Part shown: piece by piece, positions 10,258-20,799 of the stretch
Position numbering within the stretch: position 1 is the stretch's first letter
Layout: every line of letters starts with the position of its first letter
From: Mycoplasmoides pneumoniae FH
GTDB lineage: Bacteria > Bacillota_I > Bacilli_A > Mycoplasmatales > Mycoplasmoidaceae
Length of the DNA stretch: 32,000 bases
NCBI RefSeq assembly: GCF_001272835.1
Contig: NZ_CP010546.1
Location: 692,809 to 724,808, forward strand
Direction: 5' to 3'
Translations under genes and position numbers: made by a program
Notes under the pieces: model-generated
Seen by the model: only the letters and a program-made list of their open reading frames with translations
Database searches by the model: none
What the model was told of the DNA's origin: nothing

Positions 10258-11627
10258 TTAACACTTTTGGTTTTTGACGAAGGTAAATTGTTGATCATTG
10301 CTTCTATCAATTTGTTCGTATAAATGGGTTTTATGTTCTTTAGCAAACTGAGCATAGTATTTTGTGGTATTTTTATTGCCAAATATTAAATCGTAAGCAA
10401 CACTGTCTTTTTCTTCATCATTATTTTTCGCTTGTCAACGTAATAACTGTGAGAAGCCTAATTCGTCTTTAGGGCCATCAACACCAAAATAAATACCAAC
10501 AATCTGCTTCCTATCATTTAACAGCAAAGAACCAGAAGAGCCACTGCTTAAATTAAGGTCACTAATGACTATACTTTTGCCATAGATTTGGTATTTCTTA
10601 CCTAAAAATTCATGATAAAGCCCCGATTTCTTGCTGAGATCATAGTTTGAAGTTCAAGTGTTGCCAGTAAAATTAGCGCCTTTATTCCTAATTAAAGTAG
10701 GCTTAGCTGGATCGGTTAAAACAACAAATGGTTTTTCATGAAGTATTTGGGTAGTTTTGTCCATATGTTCCTTTCTTTGTTCCGTTTGATTTAAAAACAA
10801 TGATGCCGCTTTATTTCTTAAAAACGGATAACCTAACGCATAATAGCGATTTTTTTAATTGATCCAGTGTGGGGTTAGCAAAAATGTTAAGGCTATCACC
10901 TAACTGTTTATAAGTGCGTATGGCTGGTTGAATAAAGTGATCAAAGATTTTGCGATCTGTTGGATTATCCAGAAAGAAGGGAATTTCTAAGACCGCAAAA
11001 TCAGAGTAAGACCGGGTATCAGAATCCTTAGTCTTACTGTCTTTAATCCATTGATATTCTTCCTTTTGATTATCTTTTTGTTCTTTAGTAAAACTGTAAT
11101 TAACAAAGTCCCGAGCAGCAAAAGCCGTCTTGGGAATTATCGTGGTTTGGGCTCTAACAAGGGCTTGCACAGCATTGGGTAGTCCAAATTGATGGGGTGC
11201 AACAAAATCTTTTACGTTAGTGTATTTACCTAACCTAAAGGTAGTAGTTCAACCCAAAACAGTATCTTTATAAGCTTCATAATCTTGTGGATTTATTAAT
11301 GATGCTGCTACGTATAAGTTCGTGGCTAAATAAGCGCGGAAGGGTTCATTCTCCTTCTTTTTGTCAGGTTCCTTTCAGTCAATAAGTCAACCAGTACCAT
11401 ATGTAGTAGCTATGAATATAAGTTTTGTCATTATTAATGTACTTATTAGTAAAGGTTAAGGAAAAGCTTAGGTCATAGTTAGCGCGGTGCACTTCGCTAC
11501 TACCAGGAATGTTATTAATGTAAAAATCACGAAATTTATCGGGAAGTTTAATAGTTGCACAAGCATTTAAAAAGGTTAGTGCCAATACGCCACCAAGAAA
11601 ACCAAAACGCTTCCAACTAATCCACAT
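10258..11627 (-). pseudogene. Lipoprotein, DUF31-like, copy 6; at least two frame changes
   Basis: N-terminus (MWISWKRFGFLGGVLALTFLNACATI) frame 0, middle (10811 ORF) frame 2, C-terminal half (SSGSSGSLLLNDRKQIVGIYFG ... YAQFAKEHKTHLYEQI) frame 1 to TAA 10258-10260. Confidence 0.75.
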
Positions 11628-11629
11628 AA

Positions 11630-13030
11630 CTAATTCTTTTTAGCTTTCTCCACAAAACGGAATTGCGGGTCGCGGGTTTTAGTAATTTGCTCGTACAAAT
11701 GGGTCTTTTGTTGTTTGGCAAACTGAGCATAAAAGTGTTTTGTGTTACTGTTACCAAAGATTAAATCGTAAGCCACACTACGAGTCTCATCACTACTGTT
11801 TTTGGCATTTCAACGCAATAATTGGATTACCCCCCAATCACCATTGGCAGTGAAATGGGTAGCAAAGTAAATGCCAGCAATTTTTTTCAGATCATTTAAA
11901 ACAACGGTACCAGAAACTCCACCAGTAAAACCAGCATGGTTTAAAACAATTCCCTTGCCATATTGTTGATAATGACGTCCTTGAAAATTTTGGCCAAATT
12001 GAAAACCAGCCACATGATCATAACGTCAAGCAACTGTGCTACCATTAAACTTATCGCCCTTATTTCTAATTAAGGTAGGTTTAACCGTACTCTTACCCAC
12101 AACAAAGGGTTTTTCAGTTTTACTTTCCTGCGTTGTTTGCTGAGGTATTGTTTTAGCTGCTGCTATGCTTGCTTTAGTTTGGTTTACCAGTAAAGTTCTA
12201 ACACTATTTCTTAAATTGGGATAACCAAGTACATAATAGCGGTTTTGCTTTAACTGGTCTAAGGTTGGATTGGCAAAGATGTTTAAACTATCACCTAACT
12301 GTTTATAAGTATTAATGGCCGGTTGAATAAAGTGATTAAAGATTTTGCGATCAGTGGTTTTATCAAGAAAAAGTGGCATTTCTAATACCGAAAAGTCAGC
12401 ATAAGAAAGGCTATCTGTTGTATTAGACTTAGTCCCTCTTACTCAATGTAAATCTGTTAATTCTTCTTTTTTATCTACTTGATCTTTGGGCAAACTGTAA
12501 TCGACAAAATCCCTGGAAGTAAAAGCTGTTTTGGGTAGCACCGTTGGTTGCGCAGTTACAAAAGCTTTGGCGTCATTAGGTAAGCCTAATTGACTAGGTA
12601 AAACAAAATCTTTGACACTTGTGTATTTAGCAAGTCTAAAAGCTTTGGTAACACCATATTCAGGATCTAATTTATTGTAAGGTGAATAGTTACCTAAAGT
12701 TTGAAGATTATCACCTAAGTGCAAGTTAGTTGCTAGATAAACACGGAAGGGATCGTTCTTTTTATTTTTGTCTGGCTTCTTTCAATCAATTAATCAACCA
12801 CTGCCATAAATTGCAAAATCTTTAGTTTTGTTTTCAAGGTTATATCTATTAGTAAAGTCCAAGGAAAAAACTAAATCGTAATTAGCACGGTGGATTTCCG
12901 TACTATTGGGAATATTATTGATGTAAAACCCTTCAAATTGATTAGGTAATTGAACTGTTGCACAAGCGTTTAAAAGAGTTAAAGAGGCTATGCTAGCTAG
13001 AAAACCAAAACGCTTGAAGGCCAATGCCAT
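11630..13030 (-). CDS. Putative lipoprotein, DUF31-like, copy 7, 466 aa, intact
   Basis: Track ORFs 11810, 12026, 12443, 12794 all share one frame, joined by UGA; MALAFKRFGFLASIASLTLLNACATVQLPNQFEGFYINNIP; GVSGTVVLND; stop TAG 11630-11632. Confidence 0.88.
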
Positions 13031-13104
13031 AGTTACTAATTGTAATAGACAGTTAAACTGGTACTTTTAAGCTTAAACGCTAAAAAGTTAACGGGTTGCC
13101 ATTG

Positions 13105-14470
13105 TTAACTCTGTTTAATTTCCACAAAGCGGAATTGAGGATTGGGCGTTTTAGTGATTTGTTTATACAAATGGGTATGGTGTTGTTTGGCAAACTGAGC
13201 ATAGTGCTTAGTGGTATTGCGGTTACCAAAGATGAGATCATAAGCAATGCTCAAAGCTTCATCATTGCTCTTCTTCCGTGGTGTTCAGCGTAACAGTTAC
13301 GCTAAACCCCAAGCCTGTTTAGAAGAACGGGTAGTAGCAAAGTAGATTCCCACAATTTGCTTTTGGTCATTTAAGACTAATGCACCTGACACACCACCAC
13401 TAAAATCAGCATGCACAACTGCCAAACCCTTACCGTATGCTTGGTATTGTTTGTAAGTATACTGGTGCTTAAACTTAAAGCTCTTACTGTGCTCATAGTT
13501 TCAAGCAAATTCACTTTGATTGAAAGTTGCACCTTTAGTGCTAATTAAGTTGGGTGTACCACGTCCTGAATACAATAAAAAGCGGTTTTGGTTAGTTTGT
13601 TGCAGGATCTGTTCGGGTTTTATTTGTTTTTTACCAGTTTGGTTAATTAGTAAGGTTTTCACCTTGCTCTGTAAGTTGGGATAACCCAATAGATAATAGC
13701 TGTGGTTCTTGAGCTGATTAATTGGGTTATCAACAAAGATGTTTAAACTATCACCTAACTGTTTATAAGTGCGTATGGCTGGTTGGATCAAATGATCAAA
13801 AATGTTGCGATCAGTGGGATTATCCAAAAACAGTGGTAGTTCTAAAACTGCAAAATCAGCATAGGGATGGGTAACTGTTTTATCAGATTGATTGCCTTGC
13901 TTTCATGCTTTAGCATCTTTAGGCAAGGTGTAATCGAAAAAGTCTCTCGCTAAAAAAGCCGTTTTGGGAATTACAGCAAGTTGGGTAAAGACAAAGGCTT
14001 GCTCAAAATTGGGTAAACCTAATTTGCTTGGTAATACAAACTGCTTTACATCGGTGTATTTGCCCAAACGAAAGGAAATTGTTCAACCTAAAGCAGGATC
14101 GGGTTGGTTGTAAGGCGAATAGTCTTTCGGATTCTTTAGTGATGCTAATACGTGTAGGTTAGTCGCTAAGTAAGCGCGGAAGGGTTCTGTTTTACCACCT
14201 TGCTTTTCACCCTCTTTTCAGTCAATTAACCAACCCGTACCATAATTAGTCTTTAACCAGGTTATCCCCTTTTGGTCGGTTTACTTATTGGTATAGGTTA
14301 AAGAGAAGTTTAAATCATAGTTAGCACGGTGTACGTCTAAAGAACTGGGAATGGTGTTGATAGAAGCCACCCCCCCACTGCTCTCGTGGGTTCATAACTG
14401 CACAAGCGTTCAAAAGGGTGAAAGTGGCTCAACTAGCCACAAAACCGAAACGCTTGCGAGCAATTACCAT
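13105..14470 (-). pseudogene. Lipoprotein, DUF31-like, copy 8; N-terminus disrupted by frameshift at G7 and an in-frame TAA
   Basis: Signal peptide MVIARKRFGFVASWATFTLLNACAVMNPREQWGGG in frame 2; body (SINTIPSSLDVHRANYDLNFSLTYTNK*, then TNYGTGWLIDWK ... GGVSGALVLND) in frame 1 to TAA 13105-13107. Confidence 0.75.
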
Positions 14471-14525
14471 AATTGGCCTAATTCTAATAAAGAGTTAATT
14501 GGCTAATTTTTGATCTAAAAGTCAC

Positions 14526-16058
14526 TTAAGAGTTTTTAACATCCGTTGTCTTATCACTTTGTACGTATTTCAAACTTTGATCCTTTGCTTGTTCAATTTG
14601 CTTGTAAAAATGGGTACTGTTTTTCTTAGCAAATTGGGCGTAGTACTTGGTGGTGTCCTTATTACCAAAAATTAAGTCGTAAGCCACAGCTGAGTTTTCA
14701 CCAGTTTGATTGCCCATTGCTTTTCAACGCAACAATTGGGCTACTCCCCAAGCATCAACGTCCGAATAAGTTGTACCAAAGTAAATGCCGGCAATCTGTT
14801 TCTTGTCATTGAGCACTAAAGAACCAGAAGCGCCCACTTCAAAACCGGCGTTAGTTAAAACTAATCCTTTACCATATTGTTGGTAATACTGGTTTTGGAA
14901 AGTTTGACTTAACTGAAAGATCTTGCTGTGGTCATAATCTCATGCCAATGTACTGTCATTAAAATCATCGCCTTTATTGCGAATTAAGGTTGGTTTCATC
15001 AAAGAAGGACGAATATCAAACGGTTTGTCGATGTTACTGTGCTGTACTATTTGGTCGTCTTCTTTTTTGGTTTTATCTGTTTGGTTAATAAACAAAGATC
15101 TAACCTTATTTTTTAGATAAGGATAACCTGCCAAATAATAATGGTTACCTTTCAGTTCATCTAGTGATTGTTTAGCGAATAGATTTAAGCTATCACCTAA
15201 AAGCTTATAAGTTCTCATGGCAGGCTCGATGAAGTGATCAAAAACCTTTTTATCATTTTGATTCTCCAAAAATAAGGGCAGTTCTAAAACTGCAAAATCG
15301 GCATAGGCAAAACCTTCGCCCGATTGTGATTTATCTTGACTGCCTTTATCTTTACTATCACTTTGTGATTTGGCAATTTGAACATTACTATCATTTTTCT
15401 TTTGTCATTGAATTGCTTGCGTGTCAGTTTGTTGTCCTTCTTGTACTTCTCCTTTTTGTGCTTTTTCGATAAGTTCTTGTAATTGCTTCTTTTGTTTTGT
15501 TACTTCATCTGCTGACAATTTGTAATTCACAAAATCTCTAGCAGTAAAAGCAGTTTTGGGAATTACCGTTGTTTGCACATTGACAAAGACTTGGGCATTG
15601 TTCGCTAAATTGACTTTACTTGGCAACACAAAGTCCTTTGCATTCGTGTATTTACCTATGCGAAAGGCAGTGGTTTCTTCTTTGTTATCTGTTTCTTTAT
15701 TGTATGGCTCATAGTCTTTCTTATTTTTTAAGCCATCAGCTACGTGGAGGTTGGTTGCTATATAAGCACGGAATGGTTCATTTTTACCATTTTTTTGTCC
15801 ACCTTCTTTTCAGTCAATTAACCAACCAGTACCATAGGTAGCAATGAATTCTGTTTGATTATTTTTACCGTTAAACTTGTTAGTAAAAGTTAAGGCAAAA
15901 CTAAGATCATAGTTAGTGCGGTGTATTTCTGCACTACTGGGAATATTATTAACGTAAAACCCTTCAAATTTATCAGGCTTAAAAGCAGCACAAGCACTTA
16001 AAAAGGCCAAGCCACCTATGCTAAAAATGAAACCGAAACGTTTAAAAGCAACCAACAT
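14526..16058 (-). CDS. Putative lipoprotein, DUF31-like, copy 9, 510 aa, intact, with long charged insert
   Basis: ORFs 14526, 14940, 15405, 15810 share one frame; MLVAFKRFGFIFSIGGLAFLSACAAFKPDKFEGFYVNNIP. Confidence 0.88.
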
Positions 16059-16133
16059 AATTAGCTTAAATTCTAATAAAGAGCTAATCTGTAATTTTTA
16101 GTCTATGCGCTAACATGCCATTACTCGTATTTA

Positions 16134-17510
16134 TTAGTTATTGGAGTTTTCCACAAAACGGAACTCAGCGCTCCTACTTTTAACAATTTGTTTGTACAAG
16201 TGGGTGTTATTTTTCTTTGCAAACTGGGCGTAATATTTTCTCGTGTTTGGATTGCCAAAGATGAGATCATACACCACACTAACTGCCTCTTCATTAAGAC
16301 CACTACGCGTTCGTCAACGTAATAACTGTGCTAGACCTCACTCATTTGGCCCAGAACTACTGGCACCAAAATAAATACCGGCAATCTGCTTTTTATCGTT
16401 TAAAACTAAAGATCCAGAAGCGCCACCACCCAAATCACTACGATTAATCCCTATGCCTTTGCCATAGATTTGGTAATCTTTACCCAAAAATTTGCGATTA
16501 AAGGCAAAGTTCTTGGTGTGATCATAGTTTCAAGCTCAAGAACTACCATTAAAGTCATCACCCTTATTTCTAGATAAAGTAGGTTTAGATGGGACTCTTA
16601 AAGAAACGATGGGGTCTTCATTGGGCACTTGTGCCTTTTGACCCAAAATCTCCTTTTCTTCACCTGTTTGACTTACAAATAAAGATTGACCCCTTTCTCT
16701 TAAAAAAGGATAACCCAACAAGTAATAACGGTTATGTTTAGGTTGATCTAGGGTTTGATTAGCAAAGATATTTAAGCTATCACCTAATTGTTTATAGGCT
16801 CTAATGGCAGGTTGGATAAAGTGATTAAAAATTTTGCGATCAGTAGAACTGTCAGGAAACAAAAGGATTTCTAAGACTGCAAAATCAGCATAGGGATGAA
16901 CATCAGTATCCTTAGTTTGACTGTTCTTCATCCACTGCTGCTCCTTTTGTTCTTTACCTTTTTGTTCTTGGGGCAAGGTGTAATCCACAAAATCGTGCGC
17001 AGTGAAAGCCGTTTTGGGAATTGTGCTTGTCTGCGCTGATACAAAGGCTTGTGCACCATTAGGTAATCCTATTTCGTTTGGTGACACAAAGTCTTTCACG
17101 TTAGTATATTTGCCCAGTCTAAAATCCACCGTTCAACCCAATTCTGCATCAGGTTGACTGTAAGGTAAATAGTCTGCCTCATTCTTTAACCCTGCAGCTA
17201 CATGAACATTAGTCGCTAAATAAACCCGGAATGGTTGGTATTGATTCCCCTCCTTTCAGTCAATCAACCAACCAGTACCATAAAAGGCAACGAAGTTTAC
17301 TTCATTCTTCTTTTTAGTCTGAATTCTGTTGGTAAAACCTAAAGAGAAGGTCAAGTCATAGTTAATCCGGTGTAATTCAGCACTACTAGGAATATTGTTA
17401 ATGTAAAACTCACCAGATTTATCAGATAGTGAAATTGTTGCACAAGCGTTGAGCACAGTTAATGTAGCTATGCTAGCTAGAAAACTAAACCGCTTTAAGG
17501 CAATTACCAT
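16134..17510 (-). CDS. Putative lipoprotein, DUF31-like, copy 10, 458 aa, intact
   Basis: ORFs 16536 and 17256 share one frame; MVIALKRFSFLASIATLTVLNACATISLSDK; GGGASGSLVLND; conserved tail ends at TAA 16134-16136. Track ORF 16121..16303 is in the wrong frame. Confidence 0.88.
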
Positions 17511-17567
17511 GGTTGCTAATTCTAATAAAGAGTTAATCTGGCACTTTTGGGATTAAATGCCAGCTGA

Positions 17568-19163
17568 TTAATTGCCTAAATTATTAGTTGTCTCTTGTGC
17601 TTCCACAAAGCGGAATTGTTCGTCTTTGCTTTCTTTAATCTTCTGATACAAATGAGTTTGATGATCTTTAGCAAACTTAGCGTAATAATTCTTGGTGTTC
17701 TTATCGCCAAAGATCAAGTCATAGCTACCCTTAGAAATACTTGAACCTTTATCGTTCTGTGGAGTACGTAAGATTTGGCTCATCCCAATGTCATTGCGTG
17801 CAAGACTACCAGATTGGTAAATTTCCAACACCCCAAAGTAAATGCTGTTCAATTTATTGTCTTTACCAATTAAAGGACTACCCGAAGAGCCACCCGGAAA
17901 ATTAGTGTCATTCAACATTAAGCCATAGCCGTATTGTTGGAACCGCTTTTCGTGGTACTTCAAGGTAAAGTTGCTAAAGGAAGCAAAGTTCACCACACCT
18001 TTGTCTTGGATCACTACCCCATTAAGCCAGGACTCGTTTTGTTGGTTGGCAAAGAGTTGACTACCAGTGCTTTCATTGTAAGCACGGTAATTGTTAGTTA
18101 GGACGGGAATCCTGTCTAACTTATTAATATAGCTTTGATCTTTTGTAAATCACTGGCTCTTTTGGTTATGATCCGAATTGTTGTGATCAAAGCTCTTTTG
18201 TTGCGCTAATAAAAGGTTAGCGGTATTGTTTCCTTTATTAATCACTGGATAACCTAACAAGTAGTAGTTTTGTTCGATGAACTGGTTGAGTGGTTTGGCA
18301 CTAAACAGTTCCAAAGTATCACCTAAAGCCTTGTAAGCCTTAATTGCTGGTTTGACAAAGTCATGAAGAATTTGCTGATCGCGTTGATTTTTAAGGTTTA
18401 GGTTAACTTCAATCACGGCAAAGTCAGCATAGTTGCCAGGAAGACTTGTTGTGATGTTGTTATAACTGTAACTATTCATATCAACAAAGTCAGTAGCAGT
18501 GTAAGCCGTTTTGGGAATATTGGAGGCCTGAATCGAAACCAAGGCTTTATCAGTTTGATTGGCTGATTGATTTTCTTCTTTAGAAATGTACTGCTTTAAC
18601 TGCTCACCTTCTAAGTATTTACCCAAAGAAAAGAATTCAGTTTTAGTATTCTCAGTAAAATCTTGCTTGTTCTGATCTTTTTTGTAGGGTTCGTAATCCT
18701 GATCATTCCTTAAAGCATCAGCTACGTGTAAGTTAGTGGCTAAATAAACGGTGAATTGATCATCCTTTAGAAGGGAGTTATCAATGTTGCTTGTAATGCT
18801 AGGGACAAAACTGCCATCAATACCTAATGCCTTTTCATCACCCTTCCAGTCAAATAACCAGCCGGTGCCATAGATATCGTTAGACTTATTGGTAAAGTTC
18901 AACGAAAAAGTTAGATCATAGTTATGCTTAAAAACATCACTTTCACTAGGTACCTTATTGGTTTGGAAGTGAAAGCCACGGTTAACAGGCACTACCTCTG
19001 CGGTTGGTTTAGGTACATCAGTTGTAGGTGTGGTAGGTGTAATGGGACCACTTTCTTCAATGTTATTGGGTTCAAAGTTTGGCTGGGTTGCAGCACAGGC
19101 ACTAAGAATAGTGCTGGTACCCAGCAGTGTTAAGAAACCCAATAACTTGAATTGCAGTCTCAT
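17568..19163 (-). CDS. Putative lipoprotein, DUF31-like, copy 11 (longer subfamily), 531 aa, intact
   Basis: MRLQFKLLGFLTLLGTSTILSACAATQPNFEPNNIEESGPITPTTPTTDVPKPTAE...; YLATNLHVADAL; NYADFAVIEV; GGSSGSPLI; UGA-joined 17568 and 18150 ORFs. Confidence 0.9.
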
Positions 19164-19254
19164 AGACTAACTATTTTAATACAGATAGCCAAGGAGCTAA
19201 ACCATTATAGCCCGGTTTATCTAGTAAATAAAGAGGCACTTAAACCATCAATGA

Positions 19255-20643
19255 TTAATTGAATCAAGGATCTTTTTCGATATAACGGAACTGTTCATCA
19301 GTACTATTTTGAATTTCACTATACAGGTGGGTTTTATTTCGTTTAGCAAACAAAGCATAATAGTCTCTATTATTACTATCACCAAAGTATAAGGTCGTAA
19401 CTGTATTTAACTAAACTTACCCCATTAACATCTTTAGGAACAGGCAATAGCTGGGCATAGCCAACACTATCTGATTCAGTAGCAGCTGAATAAATACTGC
19501 TAATCTTTTTGTCTTGGTTAAACACTAAACTGCCACTCGATCCACCTAGTAAATCAGTATCAGTTAGAGCTAAGCCATAGCCGTGGTTTTTATATTCATA
19601 TCCATGATAATCAGTGATAGCACTTTTAAAAGTACCAAAATCAACAATTCCTTGATTTAAGGAATATTCATTAAGGAAGCCGTTACTGTAATATGTGTGC
19701 ACTTTACTACCAGCAACTGGTTGACCTTGCCTTAAGTTTTTGGTAAGTGTTGGCATAGAACCATAAAAGTCATCATGGTTAAAACGTTGTTCTGTTTTGG
19801 TTCACTCAAACAACTTAGCATCATCAGTCCATAAAGTTGGATAACCCAAAAGGTAATGGGTATCGTTTTGGTATTGGGTTAATGGTTAACTGGCGAATAT
19901 ACCAGTACTGTCACCCAATGCTATATAAGCTTTCATCGCCGGATCAATAAAGTGATCTTTAATCTGCTTATCTTGCTTATTACTTAAATCTAGATTGATT
20001 CCAATACAGCAAAGTCAGCGGCAGGTAATCTATATTCCCCCAAATCATTAATAAAAAGTGTTGCCGTGTAAGCAGTTTTTGGCAATTTTGAAGTTTCAAT
20101 CCGCACTAAGCTAGGTTCATGCATAGCATCAGGAACTATTTGCTTTATTTCATTACCATCAACGAACTTACCTAAAGTGAAAGATTCAGTTGGATCGTCA
20201 AAGTAATCAAATTGATTGAAAAACTCATAATCATTCACATTTCTTAAATTATCAGCTACATGTAAGTTAGTAGCTATGTAAGCAGTGAATTTATTGGGCT
20301 GATTATTATCCTTTCAATCAATGAGCCAACCAGTACCGTAAGTAGCTGTATATGGATCTTGAAACTGGAGCGTAAAACTTAGATCATAAAAGGGACGAAA
20401 GGGATCATCCTTTTTTGGAATGAAGTTAGTATTGAACTTTAAGTCAGAGGTGTATTCACCTAAAGCAGGGTCTGGTTTTAATGCTTGCTTGTCTTCTGGT
20501 TGAACTGCACTAACACTTTTGTTGTTTACAGGCACAGCCGGTGCACAAGCAGTAAAAACTCCTTGAACTAGTAAAAGTGTTAAAAAGACAAAACCTTTTA
20601 ACCTATATCTAAGAAAAAGCGGGGTTGCTTTAGTAATAGGCAA
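19255..20643 (-). pseudogene. Degenerate lipoprotein paralog, copy 12 (longer subfamily)
   Basis: TTG start MPITKATPLFLRYRLKGFVFLTLLLVQGVFTACAPAVPV; frame 1 to frame 2 change near AVLESI*, in-frame TAA 19886-19888 where copy 13 has Lys, and frame change at YDLI(L)FGD near 19385; C-terminus ends TAA 19255-19257. Confidence 0.78.
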
Positions 20644-20706
20644 ATTAAAAAAACTTAAACAAATACGAAAAATTAATGAAAAAGCTAACTAATGGAGCAA
20701 TGCTCG

Positions 20707-20712
20707 ATTATA
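20707..20712 (-). promoter_or_regulatory. Putative -10 box TATAAT upstream of array copy 12
   Basis: Minus strand ...GCTTATATAATCGAGCATTG..., about 64 nt upstream of the TTG start; same motif upstream of copy 13. Confidence 0.45.
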
Positions 20713-20799
20713 TAAGCTTGCTTTAGTGTGGGTTGGTTAAGTTGGTCGATTTAACACAAAGCTAATGAAAGTATGCTTAGCTTTTTACCGGTGTTTAAC

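Noticed and set aside
16121-16303. Minus-strand ORF 16121..16303 and 6090..6302
   Set aside because: Alternate-frame readings inside conserved lipoprotein regions; the family frame is open across them when UGA=Trp.
14526-17510. Copies 9 and 10 as frameshifted pseudogenes
   Set aside because: All track fragments have the same frame modulus and join through UGA; no TAA/TAG found internally by hand.
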